Of a stretch of 64,000 nt of DNA, positions 1 to 10,435 are shown one piece after another. Each line of letters opens with the position of its first letter. Position 1 is the first letter of the stretch. Both the position numbers and the translations under genes were made by a program. The notes beneath the pieces are model-generated. The model saw only the letters and a program-made list of their open reading frames with translations, did not search any database and was not told the DNA's origin. Origin of the DNA: Desulfatiglandales bacterium (GTDB taxonomy: Bacteria; Desulfobacterota; DSM-4660; Desulfatiglandales; HGW-15). The stretch covers positions 1,728,001-1,792,000 of the forward strand of contig CAXXJJ010000004.1 of assembly GCA_963667015.2 (NCBI GenBank). The letters are read 5' to 3'.

Positions 1-1421
1 TGGATTTGGCTGAAGCCTCAAAGGTAGTCGAAAAACTGAAAGAAAAGGGAGTGAAATACACAACCAGCGACGGTGGTTCAACTATTAAGGTACCCGATGA
101 CAAGTTCAACGAAATGAAAATGTATATGGCTGCCGAAGGAATCGTTACTAAAGGCGGTACAGTGGGCTTTGAGATATTTGATGATATATCCTTTGGAACA
201 ACTGAATTTGTACAAAAAGTTAAGTATAGGCAGGCTATGGAAGGTGAACTCGCAAGAGCAATAAGAGAGTTTGACACTATCGATAATGCCATAGTTAAAA
301 TTGTCGCTGCGGGGGATTCACTTTTTGCAGAAGAAGAAAGACCAGCCACTGCATCGGTCCTTGTAAGACTTCATGCAGGAAGAAAGCTGACCCCAAGGCA
401 GCTTCAGGGGATAATCAACCTTGTCTCAGGTTCTGTTGAAGGCCTGAAACCTGAAAATGTATCAATTGTAGATATGGCAGGCGGCATTCTCACAAAGGGA
501 AGTGGCAAAGATGGGATGGGAGAGATCAGCAACGATCAGTTCGAATATCAGCGCAGGCTTGAAGAGACCTATGAAAAACAGATTATAAGCATGCTTGAGC
601 CTGTTGTAGGCATAAACAATGTCGTTGCAAAGGTATCGGTTGATGTTGATTATAAAAGAGTTAACCAGACTGAAGAAAATTATGATCCTGACAGCCAGGT
701 AATAGTAAGCGAAGTGAGACAGAAGGAAAGCAATACTGACGGCAGCAAGATTGCACAGGGCTCCCCGGACCTGTTAAATCAGGGGGTGCAGACAGGTTCC
801 GAGCTTTCAGGAACAGCATCCAATCTTTACGAAAAGGAAAGCTCAACAATTAATTATAAAATTAACAAGCTTAACCGTCAGACCATTAATGAATCGGGGA
901 AGATACAGCGTCTCTCTGCATCGGTAATAATAGACGGCCCCTATGAAACCACGGATGGTGAAAAGACATTCAAAGGATACAGTCGGAAAGAGAAAAAGAC
1001 CTTTGAGGATATGGTAAAAAATGCCATTGGTTTTGACTCTGAACGGGGAGACCAGGTAACTGTATCCAACGATGTCCCCTTCAGCATGAGCGAAGAAAGC
1101 ATGATGGAAATTCCTGCAGCAGGTTCTGAGGGCTGGATTGAGTACCTCAAGAAAATGAGCAAACCGATCCTGAACATTGTAATTATAGCGCTGTTCTTCC
1201 TTATCGCCATAAAACCCTTTAAAAAATGGTTGAACCAGACAAGTGAGTTTGTATCTACAAGAGCACTGTCACAGGGAAGTGCAACAACCGAAATGACTCC
1301 AGCAGATGCAGGTGAGAGGTATGAAAGGCAAAACGAAAAACTCAAACTTCTTGAAGCGACAAAACAAAATCCTGATATTGCAGCTGATATTATTAAAACC
1401 TGGCTTAATGAGGTGAGTTAA
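1..1421 (+). CDS. fliF: Flagellar M-ring protein FliF (5'-truncated by window edge)
   Basis: GFEIFD...FGTTEFVQ..Y..A.EGELAR, ATASV and RGDQV motifs, C-terminal TM segment; precedes fliG; frame is open to the window start. Confidence 0.97.
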   Translation, partial: DLAEASKVVEKLKEKGVKYTTSDGGSTIKVPDDKFNEMKMYMAAEGIVTKGGTVGFEIFDDISFGTTEFVQKVKYRQAMEGELARAIREFDTIDNAIVKIVAAGDSLFAEEERPATASVLVRLHAGRKLTPRQLQGIINLVSGSVEGLKPENVSIVDMAGGILTKGSGKDGMGEISNDQFEYQRRLEETYEKQIISMLEPVVGINNVVAKVSVDVDYKRVNQTEENYDPDSQVIVSEVRQKESNTDGSKIAQGSPDLLNQGVQTGSELSGTASNLYEKESSTINYKINKLNRQTINESGKIQRLSASVIIDGPYETTDGEKTFKGYSRKEKKTFEDMVKNAIGFDSERGDQVTVSNDVPFSMSEESMMEIPAAGSEGWIEYLKKMSKPILNIVIIALFFLIAIKPFKKWLNQTSEFVSTRALSQGSATTEMTPADAGERYERQNEKLKLLEATKQNPDIAADIIKTWLNEVS

Positions 1422-2429
1422 TTGGAAAACAGGGTATTTTTAGACGGCAAAAAAAAGGCTGCCATATTCCTGATGGTTATGGGAGAGAATTTTACAGCCG
1501 ATGTATTTCGTCACCTGGATGACAGAGAGGTAAAACTCCTTGGCGAAGAGATGGCGACGATCAAAAAGGTTGACTCGAACACTGTCTCTGTAGTTATGAA
1601 TGAATTCACCAGAGAGATGGGCGACGGAAGCATGGGCCTGTCCGGGAGAGACTTTCTTCAGAAAACCATGCCAAAGGCATTTGATACAAAAAAGGCCGAT
1701 GAGCTGCTCGGAGACCTGCTCTCAAAGGGAAATGAAAAATCATTTGAAAAACTCAGCACCTATAATCCTACAATACTGGCTAATATGCTCATGTCAGAGC
1801 ACCCTCAGACCATCGCACTCATACTGGTTAACATGAAATATGCCACAGCAGCGGAAATCATCAGATTTTTACCGGAACACCTCCAGGGAGAGGTAATCAT
1901 TCGCATAGCAGATCTTGATGATGTACCCTCCGAGATAGTTGAGGAAGTACATGATGTTGTGGATGAAATGCTGTCAGACATGGGTAAGGAAACCCATGCC
2001 AATCAGGGAGGAATCGAGGCGGCGGCAGAAATATTAAACAATATGGATAACCAGACTGAAAACAACATTTTTGACAAGATAGAAACGGTAAGGGAAGAAC
2101 TTGCAGATGAAATAAGGCAGAAGATGTTCGTATTTGCCGATCTTGTCACACTTGATGACCGTTCAATCAGGGCGCTGCTCAAGGAAGTCAGCAATGATGA
2201 ACTTATTCTTGCCCTTAAGACAAGTTCACAGGAACTGGCTGAGAAGATATTCGGCAATATCAGTCAGCGTGCAGCCGAAATGATGAAGGAAGATATGGAA
2301 GTAATGGGCCCGGTTAAACTGAAGGATGTGGAGCAGGCACAGCTCAATATTGTCAAGGCAGCCAGAAGACTTGAAGAAGAAGGTAAAATAGTACTCGGAG
2401 GCAAGGGAGGTGAAGACATCCTTGTCTAG
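1422..2429 (+). CDS. fliG: Flagellar motor switch protein FliG
   Basis: KAAIFL, EHPQTIALIL, MFVFADL and GPVKL.DVEQAQ motifs; TTG start abuts fliF stop. Confidence 0.98.
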   Translation: MENRVFLDGKKKAAIFLMVMGENFTADVFRHLDDREVKLLGEEMATIKKVDSNTVSVVMNEFTREMGDGSMGLSGRDFLQKTMPKAFDTKKADELLGDLLSKGNEKSFEKLSTYNPTILANMLMSEHPQTIALILVNMKYATAAEIIRFLPEHLQGEVIIRIADLDDVPSEIVEEVHDVVDEMLSDMGKETHANQGGIEAAAEILNNMDNQTENNIFDKIETVREELADEIRQKMFVFADLVTLDDRSIRALLKEVSNDELILALKTSSQELAEKIFGNISQRAAEMMKEDMEVMGPVKLKDVEQAQLNIVKAARRLEEEGKIVLGGKGGEDILV

Positions 2430-3135
2430 TCATGATAAAAATGATTTCTCGGATCTGTTCAATGTTGAGACCTTCAGGACGGATGAAATGGCACCTGAAG
2501 GAAGTCAGGCATCCGGTTCAATAGCCAAAGCGGATGATTCTGTAATCTCATGGAACTTCCCTGCCATAGAAAGAGAAGACCCCACTACCGAGGAAGATTT
2601 CAAATCAAAAATAGCACGGCTTGAAAGAGAGGCATATGAGAAGGGCTTTGCCCAGGGCCAGAGAGACGGCCTGGATCTGGAGAAATCCAAAATGGAGGAG
2701 ATGGGAAGGCAGTATGAAGCCCTGCTGGCCGAATTAAGAGATCTCAAGATACATATATTACGTGATTCAGAAGGAGAAATGCTCAAGCTTGTTGAGCTCA
2801 TTATAAAAAAGGTTATCGGCGAAGAAATAAAAACCAGTGAATCAGTAATAAGGCACAGCATTAAATCAGCAGCCAAATTTTTAACCGATAAGAGAAAGGT
2901 ACGGATCATCATAAATCCTGATGACATGGAGGAGGTAAAAAAAATGCTACCCGACCTTTCCAGACTGACCAAGGGGGGAAATTTTCAACTGACAGAAGAT
3001 CCCTCTGTCGGTAAAGGCGGCTGCATGCTTGAAACAGGGTTTGGCCGTGTAAATGCCACTATCGAGGATCAACTCGATGAACTCATCAAGGTTATTGATA
3101 AAGAATATCTCATGATCACAAAGGGTAAGCCATGA
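2410..3135 (+). CDS. fliH: Flagellar assembly protein FliH (start may be TTG at 2422)
   Basis: EAYEKGFAQGQRDG GxxxG repeats, C-terminal GGCMLETGFG.VNA; lies between fliG and fliI. Confidence 0.93.
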   Translation: MKTSLSSHDKNDFSDLFNVETFRTDEMAPEGSQASGSIAKADDSVISWNFPAIEREDPTTEEDFKSKIARLEREAYEKGFAQGQRDGLDLEKSKMEEMGRQYEALLAELRDLKIHILRDSEGEMLKLVELIIKKVIGEEIKTSESVIRHSIKSAAKFLTDKRKVRIIINPDDMEEVKKMLPDLSRLTKGGNFQLTEDPSVGKGGCMLETGFGRVNATIEDQLDELIKVIDKEYLMITKGKP

Positions 3136-4454
3136 AAATAGCCCTTGACAGATATTTCGAAAGGATAAATTCAATATCCCCGATTACCGTTTCAGGGCAG
3201 GTTACCAAGGTCGTGGGTAATGTTATCGAAGGGAATGGTCCGGCAATGCCTGTGGGAGGAATCTGCCAGATAATTTCAAGGAATGTAAAGGATCCCATCA
3301 ACGCCGAGGTAATAGGGTTCAGAGACCAGAATATTCTACTCATGCCCCTTGGAAAATCCGATGGTGTTGAACCGGGAAGTTCAATAACAGCAATGAGTTT
3401 TGCTGCATCAATCGACGTCGGCTTCGATATGCTTGGAAGGGTTCTGGACGGTCTCGGCAATCCGCTTGACGGCGGGCCGCCGATTAAAATCGATACGACT
3501 ATCCCCCTGTATTCACAGCCGGTAAATCCGCTTGAAAGAAACCGTATTGTAGAACCGCTTACTGTAGGAGTACGCTCAATAGACTGTCTCAATACCCTGG
3601 CAAAGGGACAAAGGGCAGCCATAATGGCTGGATCAGGAGTTGGAAAAAGCAAACTCCTCGGCATGATGGCAAAATTCACCAAGGCCGATGTCAATGTGAT
3701 CGGCCTTATTGGAGAACGAGGAAGAGAAGTAAAGGAATTCATCGAACGTGATCTTGGTGAAGAAGGCTTAAAAAGATCGATCGTTATCGCTGCCACCTCT
3801 GACACTTCTCCTCTCATCAGAATGAGAGGCGCATATCTTACAGCGGCAATAGCCGAATTTTTCAGGGAACAGAATAAGGATGTACTGCTCATGATGGATT
3901 CGGTTACAAGGTTTGCAATGGCAGCGAGAGAGATAGGGCTTTCAGCCGGAGAGCCGCCCACCAGCAAGGCCTATCCGCCCAGCACATTTTCGCATCTGCC
4001 GAGGCTTCTGGAACGGGCAGGTACAAGTAAATGTAACGGATCCATAACCGGCATATACACGGTTCTTGTCGAAGGTGACGATATGAATGAACCAATAGCC
4101 GATGCCGTAAGATCCATTGTAGACGGGCATATTGTACTGGACAGATCTCTTGCTGCAAGGGGACACTACCCTGCTGTTAATGTGCTTTCAAGCATAAGCA
4201 GACTGATGACTGATGTGGTGCCCAGAAACCATCTTGATCTTTCCTATAAATTCAGAAGAATCCTGGCGGATTATTCAAAGATTGAGGACCTTGTGAACCT
4301 TGGAGCATATGAAAGAGGGAATAACAGGAATACTGATCTTGCCCTTCAAATGATAGACTCCCTGAATAATTTTTTAAGGCAGGATATGCTTGAGGGGAGC
4401 ACAATGGATGCATCAGTAGCAGAAATGACAAAACTTCTTGCAAAGACCAATTAG
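3132..4454 (+). CDS. fliI: Flagellum-specific ATPase FliI
   Basis: Walker A AGSGVGKS, IGERGREV, DSVTRFAMA.REIGL..GEPP; operon context. Confidence 0.98.
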   Translation: MKIALDRYFERINSISPITVSGQVTKVVGNVIEGNGPAMPVGGICQIISRNVKDPINAEVIGFRDQNILLMPLGKSDGVEPGSSITAMSFAASIDVGFDMLGRVLDGLGNPLDGGPPIKIDTTIPLYSQPVNPLERNRIVEPLTVGVRSIDCLNTLAKGQRAAIMAGSGVGKSKLLGMMAKFTKADVNVIGLIGERGREVKEFIERDLGEEGLKRSIVIAATSDTSPLIRMRGAYLTAAIAEFFREQNKDVLLMMDSVTRFAMAAREIGLSAGEPPTSKAYPPSTFSHLPRLLERAGTSKCNGSITGIYTVLVEGDDMNEPIADAVRSIVDGHIVLDRSLAARGHYPAVNVLSSISRLMTDVVPRNHLDLSYKFRRILADYSKIEDLVNLGAYERGNNRNTDLALQMIDSLNNFLRQDMLEGSTMDASVAEMTKLLAKTN

Positions 4455-4470
4455 CGACTGAGAGGGATCA

Positions 4471-4920
4471 ATGCCTTTGAAATTCAAATTCAGGTTCGAG
4501 TCCTTACTGTCCTACAGGGAACACCTGAAGGAAAAGGCCGCCATCGAATTTGCAAGGGCACAGGCAGCCGTAAGAAGAATAGAGGATCAGATTGCTGCCT
4601 ACAGTAATGAGATAACAAAGGCAAATGATGAACTTGAAATAAAAATGCGCAATACAATGTCATCCAATGACATAATAAACCATTCGGAATTTATCAATGC
4701 ACTGCTGGTCAGGATTGAAATAAAAAAAATAGAGCGTATCAAAGCCGACCAGGTATTAATTCAGAAAAGAAAAAATCTGCTTGAAAAATCCAGGCAATGT
4801 AAGGTTTTTGAAAAATTAAAGGAAAGGGATTTAGAAAAATGGCGCCACGACCAGAATCAATTGGAACTCAAGGAAATAAACGAAGCAGCGGTAATACGAC
4901 ACGGAAAAAGTTTTCTCTAA
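4471..4920 (+). CDS. fliJ: Flagellar export protein FliJ
   Basis: FKFRFESLL.YR N-terminus, coiled coil, EKLKE motif; follows fliI. Confidence 0.92.
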   Translation: MPLKFKFRFESLLSYREHLKEKAAIEFARAQAAVRRIEDQIAAYSNEITKANDELEIKMRNTMSSNDIINHSEFINALLVRIEIKKIERIKADQVLIQKRKNLLEKSRQCKVFEKLKERDLEKWRHDQNQLELKEINEAAVIRHGKSFL

Positions 4921-5471
4921 GGCCCAACTTCTTTGTAACCACACTGGCGCTGTTCTTTTTCCTTCTTGCTGCCAAGGTGATTATCAGCGGCATTTTTCTG
5001 GGATCATCTTCTCTGGATATTACGACTCCGGATGTAGCCATGGCACAGGAAGTGGTTACCGAAGAAGACCAGAGCCTGGAAGAGTGGGAACTTAAGCTCC
5101 GTAAGAGGGAGAAAGAACTTGAAGAAAAAGAGGCTGAACTGAAAAAAATGGAGGCACAGCTCCTGCCCCTTAAAGAAGAAGTAGAAACCAGAATGGGAGA
5201 GCTCAATGATCTTCAAAACAGCCTGGCAGCAGAGGCAACGAAACTTGCAGAACGAGAAAAGGCCCTGCAGGATAATAAAATCACCCACCTTGTAAAACTA
5301 TACAGTTCCATGGAGGCCCAGAAGGCAGCAGCAATTATGGACAAACTGGAACTGGATACAGTAGTACGAATTCTTGGGAATATGAAGGGCAAGGCTGCAG
5401 GCGAAATCATGGCAATGATGACCCCGGACAGGGGTGCAACAATTAGCGAAAGACTCAGCGAGTTTGAGTAG
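4839..5471 (+). CDS. MotE/YlxF-family protein (TM, coiled coil, MgtE_N-like domain); start uncertain
   Basis: LVKLYSSM..QKAAAIM..L....VV.IL..MK.K.AGEIM..M.P motif; conserved position after fliJ. Confidence 0.85.
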   Translation: MAPRPESIGTQGNKRSSGNTTRKKFSLRPNFFVTTLALFFFLLAAKVIISGIFLGSSSLDITTPDVAMAQEVVTEEDQSLEEWELKLRKREKELEEKEAELKKMEAQLLPLKEEVETRMGELNDLQNSLAAEATKLAEREKALQDNKITHLVKLYSSMEAQKAAAIMDKLELDTVVRILGNMKGKAAGEIMAMMTPDRGATISERLSEFE

Positions 5472-5502
5472 CATCCTTTTTCTCAAAAAATATTTAATCG
5501 GT

Positions 5503-5532
5503 AGAGACTGGTTTTAAACCCGTCTCTTTTTT
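5503..5532 (+). terminator. Intrinsic terminator of the fliF-motE operon
   Basis: AGAGACTGGTT/AACCCGTCTCT stem (1 mismatch) followed by a T-run. Confidence 0.75.
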
Positions 5533-5776
5533 ATTTTATCTCCTTCAAGTCGGACCACCTGATTTTTTTTCATATAAACTACATAGAGAGAACAGGTTTT
5601 CTCTCCTATTCATGACACCGGTATCCCTTTAGAAAATAATTCAAAAATCGAACAATTTTCCGGTCAAATGTTTTCATTGGAAATGGAAAGACTACCGGGA
5701 AAAAATTACCTACTCATATTTTCAAATGGCATTTTTTACCAATATCTCATGTAAAACAGAAATCCCCTTAAGGGAG

Positions 5777-5789
5777 TAAATTATTGATT
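5777..5789 (-). promoter_or_regulatory. IHF-binding site upstream of the fliK sigma54 promoter
   Basis: Reverse strand AATCAATAATTTA matches WATCAANNNNTTR, about 30 bp upstream of the -24 element. Confidence 0.65.
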
Positions 5790-5817
5790 TTACGGTGTTT
5801 ATCCTGAATGCAGGTTT

Positions 5818-5833
5818 TGGCACAGCCATTGCT
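5818..5833 (+). promoter_or_regulatory. sigma54 (-24/-12) promoter of fliK-flgD-flgE
   Basis: TGGCAC-AGCCA-TTGCT matches TGGCAC-N5-TTGCW. Confidence 0.88.
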
Positions 5834-5879
5834 TTAAAGGAGATCAGGAAAAATAACTTTTTACACACAGGGAAACTTA

Positions 5880-7880
5880 ATGAGCACACTGCCAAATATA
5901 AACATTCTTCCAACTTCCGGCAGGTTCAACACATCCGGGGGAGCAACGTCAGGTAGCAGCAACAGTAAAGATGTCTTCCAGTCCATCCTGGACAGCCTCA
6001 ATGGGAAAGACAGCAACTGGGTTTCCTCATTGTATTCAGATACAAATAAAAAAAGTCCCATAAACACACAATTGAAATCCGGTTTGGGTGTTAAAGGTAC
6101 CGGGATCGCATCTAAAGCATCAGCAGCTGCCAGGGTACATAAAAAGAATGATCATGAGGATTTACTTGTGCCTGCATCCCTGCAGAATCAGATAGTCATG
6201 TTTTTTGAAAAACAGGGCTTCTCATTAAAGGATATCAATCAGGCCCTTTCAGCATCAAAAAACAGCAATGGTCTTATCCAGCTTGATAAATTACTGGCAG
6301 GACTGTCCGGCATCAATTCAGGTAACCGCCAGGGAAAAAATCCTGCAGCAATCTTCAAGGAAAGTTTTTCAGATTTCCTTAAAGACCAGGGTATTGATAC
6401 CAAGAATTTCAGCACATTCTTTTCCGGTGTTGAAAATAAAAATGCCGTTCTTGCGAGTGATTTAACCGACCTTTTAACCGGTGACACAAAAAACAGCTCC
6501 TTTGTCGAATCGTCCAGCATTCCCGGAGTGCAGGAAATTCTCTTTAAAATGAGATTAGGGGCCGGCGAGGTCAAGAAAATAATAGAGCAGAGCAAAAATG
6601 GAAATGGTGAGCTGGAATTAGGAAAACTTTCATTTGAAATGAATAAATATTTATCAAGCAGCCTTTCGGAATCTGATCTTGCTTCACTTTTATCAAGAAA
6701 CAATATCTCCGTCAGTAAACGCCTTTTCGACAATATAAATTCAAAGTCGGACACAGCTAATCTGATGCCAGATAACAGCAAATACCTTACAGATGAGGCC
6801 CGGAAGGACTTAAAACAGAACATTGAAGCACGGTTGAAGGAAAAGGGCATCGAGGAAGAAAACATCAAGTCTCTTTTAGAAAAAATTGATCTAACCTTCA
6901 CAAAGGCAAATCTTGAAAAAGATACAGTCTCCGGAGAAACTGATCCTAAAAATCTGAAAATACTCAGCATGCTCAATGGAGAAAAAAATATTGTCTCCGG
7001 AGTGCTGGGCGATTCAATGAAAGAGGACATTGCCGCGTTCCTGAAAAGGAAGGGTTCTTCAGATAAGGATATAAAGAGCTTCATGGAATCCTTTAGCCTT
7101 AATACCAAAAAGGTAAATACAGGACTGGACGATAACTATCTAAAATCATCCATGTTAAATGAAAAGGCGTTAGGATCATCAAAAAATGATCTATTACTTT
7201 CAACATCAGACCAGGGCAGCCTCAAACTGAACCTTACAGAAATGCTTAAGCTTGCAGAGGAAAAAACAAAGGCCGCTCAGCTTGTAAAATCAGCCGAGGG
7301 CAATGCCCAGCCCCTTAAACATGGCTCAGAGGGAAAAGACAGGAGTGATTTTCTGGTGAAGGGAAGCCCGGAGTTATCAGGCCTTAACATTTCCCAGGAA
7401 AAGGAAATAAAGAATATCAGTAGGGTTAATCAGGCTAATACTTCCGCCAGCCTGCCTGATCCGCTTCCCAAAATTGCCGATAAAATGATGATCATGATCC
7501 GGACAGGTGAATATAAGAGCAGGTTACAGATAACACCACCGGAGCTTGGAAAACTGGATATTGCCCTCACTGTTAAAAATGGGCACATCCATGCAAGCCT
7601 CAGCACGGAAAATATTCTTGTAAAGGAAGTCATAGAATCAAACCTAAATCAACTTAAGCAGCAGCTTAATAATCAGGGTTTAACCGTTGACGGCTTTGAT
7701 GTGATGGTTGGCCTTGATAATGGGGAGCGTAAAGAAGGTAATACCTGGGCGAAAGGAAAAAACGGAAATGGATCCAGGCATAATTCAGGATCTATATCAG
7801 ACATCTCCGGAGAAATACCGGTTATATCGCCAGTCAAAAACAATCTGATAAGCGATAGTCAGATAGATGTACATGTGTAA
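5880..7880 (+). CDS. fliK: Flagellar hook-length control protein FliK
   Basis: Long low-complexity N-terminus; C-terminal Flg_hook domain (LQITPPELGKLDI...L.QLKQQL..QGL.V); ends IDVHV; precedes flgD. Confidence 0.92.
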   Translation: MSTLPNINILPTSGRFNTSGGATSGSSNSKDVFQSILDSLNGKDSNWVSSLYSDTNKKSPINTQLKSGLGVKGTGIASKASAAARVHKKNDHEDLLVPASLQNQIVMFFEKQGFSLKDINQALSASKNSNGLIQLDKLLAGLSGINSGNRQGKNPAAIFKESFSDFLKDQGIDTKNFSTFFSGVENKNAVLASDLTDLLTGDTKNSSFVESSSIPGVQEILFKMRLGAGEVKKIIEQSKNGNGELELGKLSFEMNKYLSSSLSESDLASLLSRNNISVSKRLFDNINSKSDTANLMPDNSKYLTDEARKDLKQNIEARLKEKGIEEENIKSLLEKIDLTFTKANLEKDTVSGETDPKNLKILSMLNGEKNIVSGVLGDSMKEDIAAFLKRKGSSDKDIKSFMESFSLNTKKVNTGLDDNYLKSSMLNEKALGSSKNDLLLSTSDQGSLKLNLTEMLKLAEEKTKAAQLVKSAEGNAQPLKHGSEGKDRSDFLVKGSPELSGLNISQEKEIKNISRVNQANTSASLPDPLPKIADKMMIMIRTGEYKSRLQITPPELGKLDIALTVKNGHIHASLSTENILVKEVIESNLNQLKQQLNNQGLTVDGFDVMVGLDNGERKEGNTWAKGKNGNGSRHNSGSISDISGEIPVISPVKNNLISDSQIDVHV

Positions 7881-7898
7881 TAAGGAGAGGACAGGACA

Positions 7899-8600
7899 AT
7901 GATATCAGGAGTCAGCAGCGCATTACCTTACTTTGAAGAAGAAAGCAATTATGCCACTGAGGGGGAGGACAAGCTCGGAAGGGATTCATTCATGAAGCTT
8001 TTTCTGGCACAAATGAATCACCAGGACCCTCTAAATCCTATGGATACAACGCAGTTCAGTTCGCAGCTTGCCCAGTTCAGCACACTGGAACAACTCTACA
8101 ATGTAAATGAGAATCTTGATTCCATTGAAGGCATTCAGAGCAGTGACAGCAAATACAATGCCCTTGGCCTGATGGGAAAAGAAATCCAGGCACAAAGCAA
8201 TTCACTTCTTCTGGATGGTGAATCACTGGCCAAAGGGGCATTTTATATAGATACAGCGGCTGAAACCTCTACTGTACGCATATATGATGAGAAGGGTAAG
8301 GCAATAAAAGATATCGACCTTGAAGGTCTTCCAGCCGGAACACACGATTTCGAATGGAACGGGCGTGATGATGACGGGAATATGAGGTCTGCCGGAGTTT
8401 ATCATTACGATGTATCAGCGATATCTCCAGCCGGGAATATGATTTCTGCGGAAAAATACATCCAGGGAACAGTTACAAGAATAAGCCTTTTTGAAGAGGA
8501 ACCGGTAATCTATCTAAATGATATCCCCATGAGCATGGATCAGATTGTAAATATTAAGACACCCGGTGTGGAAAAAGACGTTGCTGAGACAGAAAGCTAA
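7899..8600 (+). CDS. flgD: Flagellar hook capping protein FlgD
   Basis: FMKLFLAQM..QDPLNPMD...F.SQLAQFS.LEQ and FlgD_ig (FEWNGRD..G) motifs. Confidence 0.97.
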   Translation: MISGVSSALPYFEEESNYATEGEDKLGRDSFMKLFLAQMNHQDPLNPMDTTQFSSQLAQFSTLEQLYNVNENLDSIEGIQSSDSKYNALGLMGKEIQAQSNSLLLDGESLAKGAFYIDTAAETSTVRIYDEKGKAIKDIDLEGLPAGTHDFEWNGRDDDGNMRSAGVYHYDVSAISPAGNMISAEKYIQGTVTRISLFEEEPVIYLNDIPMSMDQIVNIKTPGVEKDVAETES

Positions 8601-8702
8601 GGCAAATCAATTAGGTACTTTAGGAATAGAAACAAACATATAGTTTATACCCGGCATGATGCCGGAAAATATAGACATTAGTAAGTCAATCAGGAGGCAA
8701 TT

Positions 8703-10415
8703 ATGGCACTTTCAAGCGCACTTTTTTCAGGAATCAGTGGTTTAAGTAATCTAGGTAATGCAATGCAGATTATTGGTGATAACATCGCTAATGTAAACAC
8801 TGTAGGTTTTAAAAGCAGCAGCTTTACATTTCAGGATCTCTTAAGCCAGAATATGTTTACAAGGGCAGGAACATCCCAGGTTGGTCGCGGTACTGCACTC
8901 TCGGATATTTACGCAACATTCGAGCAGGGCTCATTCGAATCAACAGGAAACACTACGGACCTGGCCATTGGTGGCGACGGTTTTTTTTCAGTAAGGGAAC
9001 CAATGACTGAAAGTCTTTTCTATACCAGGGCTGGTAATTTCCGTTTTGACAATGAGGGGTATATGATAAATCCCGAAGGCTATGTTGTACAGGGATGGGC
9101 GGTTGATGGCAATGGAGATATTACAGGATCAACAACCGATATAGCAATGACATCATTTACATCAGAACCCCAGCCAACTGAAAGCGTATCAATAATAACC
9201 AACCTTGACATGGAATCAGAAAACAACAGTACCATTCTTTCCAGTGCCTGGGACGGGACATCAGACACTCCAATTGCAGGAACATCCTATGAATATCAGT
9301 CCACAGTAAAGGCATATGATTCCCTGGGAAGCACACATGATATTACAGTATATTATGATAAGATAGAAGGAGCAGAATGGGAATATATCATAACCTGCAA
9401 TCCGATCGAAGATATGAGGCCAGGCATGGAGGGAACAAGTGCTGCAGGTCTTCTCGCCCGCGGTACTATTTCCTTTAATGAAGGAAGCGGTACGATAACC
9501 GGCATTACCATGTCGAACCTTACAGGATCAACAGCAACCGATCAGTCCGCAAGCGTTTCCAATTTAACAGGAACACTCCTTACTAATGGCGCTACTGCCA
9601 ATGTTGTCGTAGAAAATGCGGAAGAACTTGATGCTGCTACCGGAACAACATATGATGGTGCAGTTCTTACATACAACGATCCTCCAGGCACATGGTCTTC
9701 ATCTATAGCTGGATTAACGATAACAGGTGATGGCTCCCAGATAAATATAGACTTTGGAGGTTCGGCAGGTAACGATATTACTATCAATCTCTCACAGGCT
9801 GCCGCAGATGGTGACACTCTTCAGCTCGACCTTACTGGCTCCGATGGCTGGACCCCCTCGTCAACAGCTGATATTAATACCGATGGATATTTTGAATTTG
9901 CAGCCGACTTTATTGGCGGCACAGCTACATCAGAAAACCTGGCACTGGACATCGGAGTAAGGTGGAACGGTTCATCCTTTGTGCCCGATTCACTGGCAAC
10001 AACCCAGTATGCAAGTTCATCCACAACGGTTTATCAGTCTGCCGACGGATATGGGGCAGGTGACCTGGAAGGTGTTGATGTTGACGTTGACGGTCTTATA
10101 ACCGGTGTATATTCAAACGGCCAGGTACTCCCTCTATACAGGTTGGCCCTTGCAAAATTCCAGAGCGTCCAGGGTCTTTATAAAGAGGGTGGAAACCTTT
10201 ACAGGGAAACAAGGGAAAGCGGCCCTGCAACAACAAGTCTTCCCGGATCAAACGGGCTCGGGAACATTGCACCTAACTCACTGGAACAATCCAACGTCGA
10301 TATAGCAAATGAATTTGTCAAGATGATAACCACACAAAGAGGTTTCCAGGCAAATTCGAAGATCATTACAGTTACGGATCAGATGCTTTCCGAGCTGATA
10401 AACCTGAAACGATAA
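8703..10415 (+). CDS. flgE: Flagellar hook protein FlgE
   Basis: NIANVNTVGFKS, DLAI.GDGFF, YTRAGNF, LEQSNVD...EF..MI..QRGFQANSK. Confidence 0.98.
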   Translation: MALSSALFSGISGLSNLGNAMQIIGDNIANVNTVGFKSSSFTFQDLLSQNMFTRAGTSQVGRGTALSDIYATFEQGSFESTGNTTDLAIGGDGFFSVREPMTESLFYTRAGNFRFDNEGYMINPEGYVVQGWAVDGNGDITGSTTDIAMTSFTSEPQPTESVSIITNLDMESENNSTILSSAWDGTSDTPIAGTSYEYQSTVKAYDSLGSTHDITVYYDKIEGAEWEYIITCNPIEDMRPGMEGTSAAGLLARGTISFNEGSGTITGITMSNLTGSTATDQSASVSNLTGTLLTNGATANVVVENAEELDAATGTTYDGAVLTYNDPPGTWSSSIAGLTITGDGSQINIDFGGSAGNDITINLSQAAADGDTLQLDLTGSDGWTPSSTADINTDGYFEFAADFIGGTATSENLALDIGVRWNGSSFVPDSLATTQYASSSTTVYQSADGYGAGDLEGVDVDVDGLITGVYSNGQVLPLYRLALAKFQSVQGLYKEGGNLYRETRESGPATTSLPGSNGLGNIAPNSLEQSNVDIANEFVKMITTQRGFQANSKIITVTDQMLSELINLKR

Positions 10416-10435
10416 TGAGGTTTAGATACAGGGAA

